DNA of 64,000 nucleotides from Botryllus schlosseri. Taxonomy: Eukaryota. The DNA lies in the NCBI GenBank assembly GCA_051294905.1, contig CM119371.1, positions 24,058,001-24,122,000 on the forward strand, in the 5' to 3' direction. Below the pieces are notes generated by a model, which saw only the letters and a list, made by a program, of their open reading frames with translations, had not been told where the DNA came from and did no database searches. Below are positions 51,101 through 62,065 of the stretch, in pieces. How positions within the stretch are numbered: position 1 is the first letter of the stretch; every line of letters starts with the position of its first letter. The position numbers and the translations under genes are program-made.

Positions 51101-54100
51101 ATTGCGATTGTTAAGTCGCGTATCAGTACTGCCGTTAAAATGTAGGCTCGAAGTGCAACGTAACGTTATGTTACAGGTGCCGAATATGAGAATTGAGAAG
51201 TATAGTTGATCAAATTATATCAGCTAACAAATTTTCCCGTCGCTGAGGTTATTGTCCCAGTTTGTTGGAACTAGAATTGAGCTGCAGGTGGCTGCCAATA
51301 GAACTACAGCAGTGGTTCTCAACCGGTGTGCCGTGAGAGATTTCTTCTAAATTTTGAAATTATGTGCAAAATAATTCTAGGATACAGGAAATGATCAGTA
51401 CTACATCAGACTCGATTTGAAGTTTGTACATATGACAAAACGAAATTGCTGTCATGCCATCGCGTGCTTGAAAGGCTGAATTCAGCAGACATGGCGGCGC
51501 CTGTGTGACAATGCAGTATTCTGGCAGTTTACAGATCCGTCAAAAAATGTTGCGAACCACTGTGCTAGCGTGCCGCAAACTATTTTCAATTTTCGAAGGG
51601 TGCCGCGAGGTCAAAAAGGTTGCGAACCACTGTGCTAGCGTGCCGCAAACTATTTTCAATTTTCAAAGGGTGCCGCGAGGTCAAAAAGGTTGAGAACCAC
51701 TGAACTACAATATTGAGGTATTGCTATCCTCTAATATATCGAACTCTTGGCTTATAATGATCGCAGCAAGGTTATCTTCATAGTAATGCAATGCCGGTAT
51801 GTATATGGTACGAACCTGATCTATAACCAAAAATTTGTCGTATGACTCTTTGAACATTGCAGGTATACCGACCATCCAGTTCATTTTCACAGAATCTGAA
51901 AAAAATTATTATTTTGAGACATCCAATAATTTGTATTCTTGAAGCATCGTACCCATCACAGCTGTAATGCTGGTTGGCACGCGACTCCAGTTTATTTTTG
52001 TCGCGTGCTGAGAGAATATTGCTTTTTCTTGGATATTGTCCAGTATATTCAGACCATTGTTTATGATCTTCATCTCCTCCAATAGCTGAAACATCAACAA
52101 TTACCAGTAAACAGAAATCGAACAAATGATATTTTTCTTACCCAATATGATTCTCTCAGAAGCGGATATTCCATAAGAATTTCAGCAGTTGGCATGCAGG
52201 CTTCTATGTCAGACCGGCGACTTTTGAAGGTGGCTTTCATGGATTTCAATAGCTCTCCCTTCGCTGGGTTTGACGAACTCGATTCAGACAATATGAATGC
52301 CTTGTGTTCAGCTGAACTTTTATCATTGGTCAAAGATTCAATTTCCTGAAATTTTTAATTGATATGAATCGGTGTTTCTCAACTTTGAGGTTCCATTGAA
52401 ATAGCAGTTTCATACTTCGTCTGCAACATCAGAACTTCTGGGTTTCTTGCATCGTGCGCTTGCCGTCGGCGATTCTTCAGCAGGAAGCCGTCTCCGCGGG
52501 CCAGTCCGTCCGAACTTTTTTCTGTTTGCTAGGAGAACCGGATCGTCTGTGTCTTTCATTTTCCGATGCTCGTTATATATTTTGTCGTTGAGTCTCGTTA
52601 TCCATGAGTGCTAAATTGTATCGAATTTGACAGAGTGTGATATTTCCACACTGCAAGCCTCAAAACTTACATATGGCGGAAGAAAATTATCTTCATCAGC
52701 CGTAACTAATTTCAGAATTGGATATTTCCGAATTAGAGCTGAACATGCCTCTTTTCTTGCATGCGTTGGTGGAGAAAGTCTGAACGAAACGTTCACGTAT
52801 ATAATCAACCCGATTGCACTAAAATTGGTACACAGTGAATTGGGCTGTGGAAGTAACAGAGCCGAACTGGAGTAAAACATGGCCATAGCATCTGAAGGGA
52901 GCACAAAGCTACAATCGACTGGAATTATTTTGCGCGATATATGGCGATAATGCAAGTCTTATCGCTTCGACGAGCTTACGCGTAAGCTCCACTATCGCAC
53001 GCTGCGCATACACGTATATAATAACATACAGTCTTGGGGAATCTCGGCTGACTGGGGCCGCGGGCCACATTATCATGTTAGACCGAAAACAGTCCGCGGG
53101 CCGGACAAAATCCCTTCGCGGGCCGTATGTTGCCCGCCCCTGGCCAATACACACCCGTAATACTCCACGATATCCTTGAACAGATGATCCACAATAGCTG
53201 ATCTCAAAGTTCGCCCCATGCCGCTTTTTGACTGCAACTTTTGCATTTTTTCCACTTGGTTATGCAAATACTGTGGTAGGCGCACCGTGTATTCAGAACC
53301 TGGCCACTTTTTTGCCTTATTGGTGCATTCTTCCGCATTCACGACTGGCGAAACATTATGGGGTCTTTCAGAATTTGCCAGATCACTGCCTATATCGCCT
53401 GTAATTGAAATACCACTTACTAAAACAAAATGCGACTGAATTCCAGAAAACAGCATTCTCAGCCCTCATGAGGGTTTATTAGCCAAGCTCGTGCATAGGT
53501 GGCGACTTCTATTTCTACATGCGGTGGACAGATGAAAAGGGAGGGGTTTTAAATACTTAGCATTAATTTATGACGGTTAATAATGTGCGTAACTCAGTAA
53601 CTGCCCATAATACATGGATAGGACAAGATTCATCGTGTTGACGCATTGACTCGTCTAAGTACGCGTAAGCTTGTCAGCGATATGATAAATTTTCAAAAAC
53701 ACTACTATACACCGGCAAATGTGACAAAATACTTACTACTCTCCTGCTCTTCGGTCAGTGATACATTCACGATACTGGTGCCACAATTTGAATTGCAAAG
53801 ACCAGCACGAGGCGAATCTGCAGCTTTCAAAGAATCTGCAAGACACCAATACCAAGTAACCAAGCACCTATAGCTATGGGACTCGATTACCTGAACTTTT
53901 CTTCTTACTCAATTTCAACATACCGCCATTGGAAATTTCGACGATATCACAATCAAGTTCAACCCAGCCAAAATCTTCATCGTAGTATTCAATGTTGGCA
54001 TCGTCAGCGTCAACTTCCGGGAATTCGTGTAACACAGCCGTTTTAACGTCTGATTTACAGTACACTCTAAACATTCTTGAGGGGTCACCGTAGGTCACCT

Positions 54101-54131
54101 TCAACTTGTACTGTTCTTCAGAGTCAGCCAT
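48200..54131 (-). CDS. 9-exon CACTA accessory gene, predicted 528 aa (PB1-like N-terminus; SAMD3-like C-terminal region)
   Basis: Exons 54131-53891, 53835-53737, 53419-53155, 52779-52671, 52610-52416, 52345-52142, 52085-51953, 51895-51816 and 48460-48200. All introns GT-AG, phases consistent, total 1587 nt, no internal stop found. IEYYDEDFGWVELD is OPCA/PB1-like. Domain names are inference. Confidence 0.78.
48869..50894 (+). mobile_element. hAT element with decayed transposase C-terminus (CTAGTGTT subterminal repeats)
   Basis: CAGTG.TGCCACTC / GAGTGGCAACACTG TIRs; perfect TSD GTTACGTA; FPLLGKLMTNLLALPHSTAFVE at ~49750-49820. Confidence 0.88.
49935..50535 (-). mobile_element. 5'-truncated L2-clade LINE
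   Basis: LQKIQNIAARLV...HVTPILRSLHWLPV..R..YK...LWNNLP...FKRKIKT; 3' end GCGCTCTATAAAT(TAT)n. Confidence 0.9.
51310..51702. mobile_element. Charlie-like hAT MITE with 70-bp internal duplication
   Basis: CAGTGGTTCTCAACC / GGTTGAGAACCACTG TIRs; TSD AACTACAG/AACTACAA; a related partial left end lies at ~48612. Confidence 0.85.
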
Positions 54132-54189
54132 AGCAACCGAGACTATATAAATAACCTGAATTACATCAAACCACAAATGATTGCATTCC

Positions 54190-56587
54190 TCAGTTATACA
54201 CACCACGACGTAATCTTATCAAGTTCCTGGTATTGATTACGTACATATGCTGGGGCTCATGATATATCAAGTCTGTGGGACGAAAAACTCGATACCCAAC
54301 TTCTTTCATGGAGTAGCTATGAAAGTGTTCAATAAACTGAATAGATTTTATCAATTTGGTACACAAGAAGCACTCAGCATTGACATACAATATATACTCA
54401 ATTTTACAACATGTTAGTTCATCAGCAGTTTTTTCAACAACAAAAATATCTTGAACCTGATATTTGTGAGACATGTCATGAAACACTTTGACACTAGTCA
54501 CCGTCTGGCTGTCGACCTCATAATGGGCTTCAATTCGTTCAACATACTCTTTTGGAATCGAATCCCAGTGTAACGACCGCGAGTCAACACTTGGCACATC
54601 GTCATGCAAAATATCAGGCGAACAAAATTCATAACATTTTCGATACTGTAGCCTACATGCGACTGACAAGGAAATGTTTTTAAAATTTGAATTTGCCCTG
54701 GCAATTTTCTTCAATCGTTGATGGTAACTCTCAAATCTCATGCACCAGACATTCCTGAGATTTCCATACCTTAAAATCATTATTCCGTAATGCAAGAGGA
54801 AGTGAAATTTAGGTTTTATAATCTCGGGTGCTGTCTCTTTTACAGTCTCGAAGAATTCAGTAACGAGATACACCAGTTCATGAGCATTTTCCCTCTTCGT
54901 AACTTCAGCAAATAAAATATCACAGATTTCTGATAGGAGCAAATACCAGGCCCAGATCATATTCCCTTCAGGGATGTCATGACCAACAAAAAACGGAAGA
55001 TGGCGAAAAAAACACCAAGTTTGCGACGCACTCAGCCTGTTCATTTTTCCAGTAAAGTTAGGCTTGTTACGTATCTCATGCCTTCCATACGGAAATAACA
55101 TTACACGTTCCACAAAGCGCTGCTTTGGGACGAATTTGTAGATCAAATTGGTTAGGATGTAGTCCAACGTGACAGAGAGGACCCCCTCGTACACGTCATG
55201 CATCATGTCTGGGGGCAAAGCATTTACAGTGTCAAATGAGAGCAAGCTTTCAAAAACACAATCTTTTTTCACTCCAAATACTTCTTCATTTGTTGCCAGT
55301 GCTGCTTCAACATGTGCTTTATGATTCGTTGATGTTCGCAGGGTAAACATACGATCATTAGATATTTCACGAAACTCAGAATAATGACATGTGCAAAACC
55401 GACATATGTAGCCAGAGCTGAAGCATTGGCGAAAGCCGCCTATCTCATGACTTGCGAGGTTGTCTGCACTTATCGTTGCCAAGCCACCAAGAAAATGTCT
55501 CTTGGAACCATTCCACAAAGTTACGTCGATACCAGAAGTTTCCAATATTTTCAAGTCGGAGAGTAATGGCTCCAACAGTGCATGGTAACCAATTTTTTTA
55601 ACAACAGAAGACTTTACTATGAGCACAGGGTGAATGCTACGGATATTTGACAAAAACTTATTTTCAATATTTCCCAGTTGAAAATAGAAAACTGATAGCT
55701 TATGACTCCCACGAGCAGACCCCAAAGGATTACACAACTCCAGGTCGTCTAAATATAAATGAATCCTCAACAATTCCCTTTGGCCACGAAAAAAATGCAT
55801 TATTGAGAAAAATATTTCCATCAGTATAATCATACAAGAATTCATCAGGGCCCTTACGCATCAGCATTTTATCATCTATGCTTTGTATAACATCTCTGTG
55901 AGAAATGTACGATTGCAAGGTTTTCAGTATTGGAATATACTGACATTCACATTGATCCTCAAATTGGTGCGTGACGGGTCTGATCAAGCCGTATCGATCT
56001 AACACGTTGGAATAACGCCAGTCACTTTGGGTAATATTCATCATATTGACCAAGTCTGGCAAAACCAAACGAGAGCTACTACTTGCAGCAGTTGAGTTCA
56101 TGCTGGATGCAGAAATTTGCGAAGATATTTCGATCCTATATTTATCTAGTATGTCCACAACATTCAGCATGATATCGCGAAACGTCGACTTTGGTAAAGT
56201 GAATTCTTCTCGGCATCGCAACGTAAATAAGAAGAAACTGTCTTCGAAATTTATATTTCTTTTTGCGACTTCCTGCAAAAATGTACCAGTACCGCTCTGA
56301 CTTTCAATCATCAATTGTCCATCATCACTATCTGCTTTCTCAGCAATAGGCACTTGAAGTTGAATATCTGCCGTTTTTGTTGACTTCTCTATGACTTCTT
56401 TGTGCGTTCGATAAACATGTACAACGAAACTTCTACACGTACCAAACTCGCGGTCGCATCGGTCAATTTTGCACAAGAATGTGCTTTCCTCTCGGTGGAA
56501 ACGATTCACATGAGATATTAAAGACTTTCTATTGGAAAACGGCGGTATAAACGCGCAACTTTCGGTAGGACACGGCCACAGATTCAT
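54190..56587 (-). CDS. CACTA/EnSpm transposase (~798 aa) with N-terminal C2H2 zinc fingers; single-base frameshift in a T7 run at ~55789-55795
   Basis: Fingers CPTESC..HVNRFH and CKIDRC..HVYRTH; core motifs LYLDD..CNPLG, ADNLASH..GGF, CRFC, PPDMMHD..EG, KPKFHFLLHY, WCMRFESYH. Deleting one T joins the 340-aa and 551-aa ORFs (NNAFF-RGQRE). Confidence 0.85.
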
Positions 56588-57129
56588 CCCAAATTGCAAT
56601 AAACAGTGAAACAGACGGACCTCCACCTGCACGAAAATGGGTGATTCGCCATTCGCGCCGTTCTGTGATATATTAAAATCCAAATTTTGTTCCAAATCCG
56701 GGATCCCAATCCAAGTCCAAGTCAGAAAAAGGCTGAAATTTATTCGAATCATCGCATCAACATCTAATGTTACAAAACGCTACATGTCCAAGTATAAATA
56801 TATTCATCTTCAAATACATTTTAAATCAATATCCATTGTTTTTAAACCCGATTAAAATCATTGCTTCCGATTATTTCAAATCCAAATCCATATCCATACT
56901 CGTCTTCCTTTCGCGCTCTTTTCCTGAACCGTTCAACCATAACGCATGTATTTATATTGTACAGTACATTGTACAAGCAGTATCCGTATCAGTGTCGGTT
57001 TATCAGGATGATTTAACAGACGATGTTGAAATATAATGAACATAAGAATGATAATTAAAAGTATTGATGATGAGGAAACCAATGAACGAACATTATAACG
57101 CTATGGAACATATTAATAATTCGCGGTTC

Positions 57130-57620
57130 TAATGTCTGGGGTGTGTTCGGAATGCGTTGACACTCGGACATGATGTCTGAGGCATGTATGGATTAGGTTC
57201 AGACTGCATTTCAACTCCGACATCGTGTCGGGTCATATCGAATGTGTGTTCGAACTGCGTTGTCACTCGAAAATCATGTCTGGGATATGTGTGGCGAGAG
57301 TGCTGCGGTCTTAGTTTGAGACACAAACATCATTTATGGCAAAGGTCTGGGGTGTGTTCGAACTGTGTTGACACATGACATCATGTTTAATAAATGTTTG
57401 GAGTATGTTCGGACAAGGTTGCAGATCGAACATCATGCAGGGTGAGTTTGGACTGCGTTTCAACTCAAACGTCATGTTTGGGGCATGTCTGGGGCATATC
57501 CGGGGGTGTTCGACCTGCGTTGTCAGTCTGACATCATGTATGAGTTATGTCTCAAGTATACGTTCAAACTGCGTTGACCATTATTGGACATCATTTCTGA
57601 AGCATGTTAATTTACAAGCA
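57130..57620. repeat. Degenerate subterminal repeats at the 5' end of the CACTA element
   Basis: Recurring GTCTGGGG..TGTTCGAACTGCGTTG.CAC...ACATCATG motifs. Confidence 0.75.
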
Positions 57621-57727
57621 CGACAGCTTGTTATGTGCCTGCCTTTGGCGTTTACAACCTCCACAAGCTTGCAGTCCGCCATTACAAGCTGGTTACAGGG
57701 TACTTTACAACAATAATTTTTACAGTG

Positions 57728-58590
57728 TATGAGCCATTCTGGCAGATCCATTTCAAAGCGTGGAGAATGGCTTGTGCTCCTATGGAGAAGATTGACTTAA
57801 GGGTGGAACACGGCTGGGAAAAGTTTATCATCAGCGACGGGATGGTAAATGCAAAACCGGCTCCCTCTGCTGATTTAGAGCCGTCAGTGTATATTTCAGT
57901 GGCATCGTTATATCGTTCGAATATGAAGTTCAGGACTATGGGTTTATGTGACAGAGGTGCGATATCTTTTTTAATGATTTTTGCAAGGTCTAAATCAATA
58001 TTAGGTGATTGCATCAGCCATGGAGGCAAATCTGAAATAGTTTTTCTTTCCAGGACAAGGTTATTCAGAGACTCGACATTGGTGGCGATGTTGAAGGTAG
58101 TGAATTTTAGGTTCATGAGGCTATATATCTCCTGCCAAGAGTCTTCAAGCACTCCTAATGTTGGGTGTTCGTGAGCCTGGTAACGTTTAAGGTGGCAGCG
58201 ATAGTTAAGGCTAAGCTGTTTGTGGCGTAGATGGAGAGGAAGTTCGTCACATGATGCTTCCAGTGCACAAATGGGGGTGCTGCGCCTTGCTCCGCAGCAG
58301 AGGCGGAGAGCTTGATTTCGTACGGTGCGTAACTTGTCCAGATACTTTTTTGGGGCGAAGTAATATGCGAGTAACCCATAGTCAATCAGTGAGCGTATCA
58401 GCGCCCTGAAAAGCTGCAGCAATGGTTTTTCACTCGCTCCCCATGCGATACCAGTCACGACTCTGATTAGATTCAGTCTGTTAGAGCACTTTTTGGAAAT
58501 CGTATCGATATGTTGCTTATAGTTGAGAAATTTGTCGAACGTGATACCCAAATATTTGTAGGTGTCGACAAATTCAAGTTCATGTTTGAC
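57728..58590 (-). mobile_element. Upstream part of the same 5'-truncated I-group LINE (RT thumb to RNase H start)
   Basis: KYLGITFD..L....HI, WGA...L.QLFRALIRSLIDYG, QALR.CCGA.RSTP, IYTDGSK; continuous in frame with 46703-47338. Confidence 0.92.
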
Positions 58591-58847
58591 ACTTTTTCTC
58601 TTTGAATCTTGTCAACTAGAGAGTAGTATTAGGATGCGTTTTCTTCACATTTAAAGGTGGAATTGTAACAACTTGAGCAAAACACAGCCCAGGCACCATG
58701 GTTGCTAAATGCAGCTTAGAAAATTGCGTTCGTAGTGTCCTTAATCCGTTCGATAATTTAATTTTGGAAACTAGTAAGTCGAGTAATTTTCAAATAAAAA
58801 TGAGAAGAAACGTGAAACGTGAAACGATTTGGCGTCGTGCAATTACT

Positions 58848-59843
58848 ATGACTTAAAAGATTTGTGGTTGGTCACAAGCACCGAATTTTACCGTACATAA
58901 ATCGACCGTGTTATGCATATTCAAGACAATGTACCACACTTATTATTATTTCCCAATTCTCAAGTTGGATTCGTATTGTCGCGATGATATACACTCGTAG
59001 AAAATCGAATAACGGGCGTACGGTCGCGGTTTTAGCATTGATGACTTTGTCTTTCGGGGAAATGATAACGTTATGCAGTATTGGCGCGTTGCGGTATTCC
59101 ATATGCGTCTGTTATTCATCCTGTTCTGTGGAAGACCGATCGGTTGTCCGTAACGACTTGAGTAACAAGGAATTGGTGATTGCGAAACTATATCAAGGCT
59201 TTTATGAATCTGTACCGAATCTTTTGCTCAACATGTACGCATTTCCATTGAAGCTTGACTCGCAAGAAAGCGATGATGTGGTGCGTATTTTGTCGCCTCT
59301 AGTGCCGTTCTTGTCAATTATCGTCGCCCTGCAGTTGCCGTACGAAGCGTATGCGATATCAAGGCCGGTCCCAATTAAGTACACCCAGAGATGCATAACA
59401 TGCGCGTGCAAGGCTGATTTTCTCATGGCAAAACTCCTCTTTATCGTCAGTCTTTCTGTGCTGATTCAGTGGTGGGCTTTGCTGGTGTTCATATTCTGTA
59501 TATTTCTGCTCTTCTGGTTAAACTGTGGGCGGGGGAAACACGAGAATTCCGATTGTTTTGGTCAGTGGTTTCGTAATTTGACCAACCGTACGACGCTGGC
59601 TATTTACTGCTGTTTCACGCCATGCCTGCCCTACGATCTTACGGAAGTGGGTATCGGAAAGATATTGCTCTTTGGTATTATTCATTTTTTTTTATCTTGA
59701 GGGGGTCTTCAGCCCTCTCCTATGACGAACAGTACTTTGAATATCTGTCCTAGGATTTCCGGAATTACGCCGCAGTTGTGTCGACGAGTATTGCTGGCTA
59801 TTTTGCTTTAATCGTTACCGTTATACTCGACGTCAGGCGTTGA
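58848..59843 (+). pseudogene. Intronless XK-related (Xkr-like) gene, disrupted
   Basis: KLYQGFYESVPNLLLNMY motif and multiple TM segments. Aligns by eye with 36623-37587 (AKLLF..QWW, DCFGQWF, FTP.L.YD.TE, YDEQYFEY). Frameshift in T-run at ~59690, TAG at 59751, unclear start codon. Confidence 0.65.
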
Positions 59844-61069
59844 TGTTCGTTCACTGGGATTACATTCGTTGCTTCGATGAGGATGATCTGAATTATTTAA
59901 CAACAAACACTCGTTATCTGGGGATAATTTGATATCATCTTGGAATATTTTTAACAGATAAAATATTTTATTAGTCAAGGTCACTTGTGTTGTTTTGCCA
60001 GGTACAAACATATTATAGGTGCAGCCGCCAACGACGAAGTGGTCCTGTATCGCTATTTCATAATATACTATGGATTTGCAACATTTTGGCGTTCTGTTTC
60101 TATGTCAGATAATAGGCTACCCGTAACGCGTTCTCGTGGAAATTGTTGAGTCCGGCTGTCAAGTCGGCGCTACCAGCTGAACAATGAATCACAACGTTCC
60201 CCGAATCTCTCTCCATCAGATTTACTCTATTTAACTCGTTTTCTCCAGGCTACAATGGTGCATGGAAGTGCCTTTTACATCATTTACACTCTTCGGTTTG
60301 TTGCTGAAATCGAAGAAATATAGGATGTTCGTTCTTGGAGTTATATACCACAGAAACCATAGTATCTCGCTACTGATCCACGAGTCCAAATGGTAAAAAA
60401 CTTAGAGATAATGATACTATGCCTACTCATTCAAAGCATGATGCATTCAAAGCAACGCCGGCCCAGTGGAATTTAGAATAGCGTGGGTGCATAGAGTCAA
60501 CCGTTTCTGGTGATGCCAGAAATAACGCGCATCGATATCCGAATAGATTCTCCTTTAAGAACGTTGTACTGATGATACACTTCATTATGGTAGGGTTGCC
60601 GTGCGCCCCAAGGGGCGCTGGCGATTTTGAAGGGGCGGAACGCGTAGGGGGCGACATGGGAGGCGCTGAAGAATAATGGCTTCGCAGTAGATGATGTGGT
60701 AGTAGGACATGTCCTTAATGAGTTTTCAGAACCAATTAACATTAAACGAAACATGTAAAATTCCGAAATGTTTGGTTGCGCTACGCGACGATGTTTGCTA
60801 CATATATTTTTTCATAAATGTAGTGGGTTTTATAATTCATGTAAAACGAATTGCGCGTACTTTTAGATCGCCAATTTCCCGTTAAAACACTGCCGTCACG
60901 CTTGCTAGGGTTATTTTCAACAACATGTTTCGCGTTAGGTATTATGTCCCGCAGCGCACAGCATGTGAAAATCGAAGAAGAAGACACTGTATGTCACTTT
61001 TGAGAGTGAGAGCCCCTTGTACATGAAATAAGTTTTGAAACTTTGTGCACGAAATGAATAGCTAGATAT

Positions 61070-62035
61070 CGGGAAGATGTGGTGCCGATGAAACACTGGG
61101 ACCGAAAATACTTGAAAAATTCTCTGTGATAATCCCGTGATTACATTACGCGACGTTGTCTACAATGGCATGCTGGCAGAATCTTTCCTCACATGCAAAA
61201 AAAACTTCGACCTGCGTGAGTTATGGGGTCTGTGACAAACGATTTACGTTTTAGGGGGTGCAAAGTAAATTTGGATCGACATATACATTCTTCTATATCA
61301 CCTTCCAGACTAACAAACCCGCAATAATTTTTGATGTGAATTATAGGGCTTGTATCAGGGTATATAATGGAACATATTTTTTGAATCAATACCATTCTCG
61401 AGTGGACTATTTTCAATTCAATTATAATGTTTATAGGGTGGGGGAGCTATGGTACCGTGGCCAAATCCAGCAAAATAGTTGGATCAACTAATCACTTAAC
61501 CACAGAAACACGCCTACACGTGTAGAGGTTGTATATTATAGTTACCTGTGGTTTTTCATCGCTATTACGAGGTATTTGAAAGTCAAAATGTCGATTTTCC
61601 GGTAATGTGTATGTGGCATTAATTTTGTAAATATCGGCGAAAATCAAAACGTGATTTTATCGCAACATTCAAGTTGATATAATCTATTTTATTCTTGTAG
61701 ATGACGACGAAACATTCTTCATTGGCATGCTGTAGCTTAGATTAGAGTAAACAACAAAACAAGTTGAAAAAATTGAGTTTTGAGCGTATGTCTCATAGGT
61801 ACCATGGTCGTGTGCCATTGGACCCACCGAGTGGGGACCGATGACACATTCGAGCAACAAATTTTAAACGTTTATAAATATTTTTTGAAAAGGAGGATAT
61901 CCATTTAAATGCCCGCGATAGTTAGAGCTTGTATCAAAGTGTCGAGATAGCAAAAGATCCGCTATTCTCGGCTGAAGATTTGAGGGCCAGAGATCAATTT
62001 GCAATTTTTGATCCATCGGTACCACATCTTCCCTG
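61070..62035. mobile_element. Probable TIR MITE (superfamily uncertain)
   Basis: GGGAAGATGTGGTGCCGATG at ~61071 is inverted to CATCGGTACCACATCTTCCC at ~62014; TSD not resolved. Confidence 0.5.
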
Positions 62036-62065
62036 CTGTATTAGAGAATTTGAAAATTAAATAGT

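Larger units (their letters stand above)
47339..57727 (-). mobile_element. CACTA/EnSpm (CMC) DNA transposon, 10.4 kb, two genes
   Basis: Perfect 24-bp TIRs CACTGTAAAAATTATTGTTGTAAA, 2-bp TSD TA, subterminal repeats at both ends. Removing it restores the LINE reading frame (...QNGS-Y-HQTYLILSDS). Confidence 0.95.

Noticed and set aside
60427..60760. Possible minus-strand coding exon
   Set aside because: GC-richer patch with short ORFs but no recognisable homology or partner exons.
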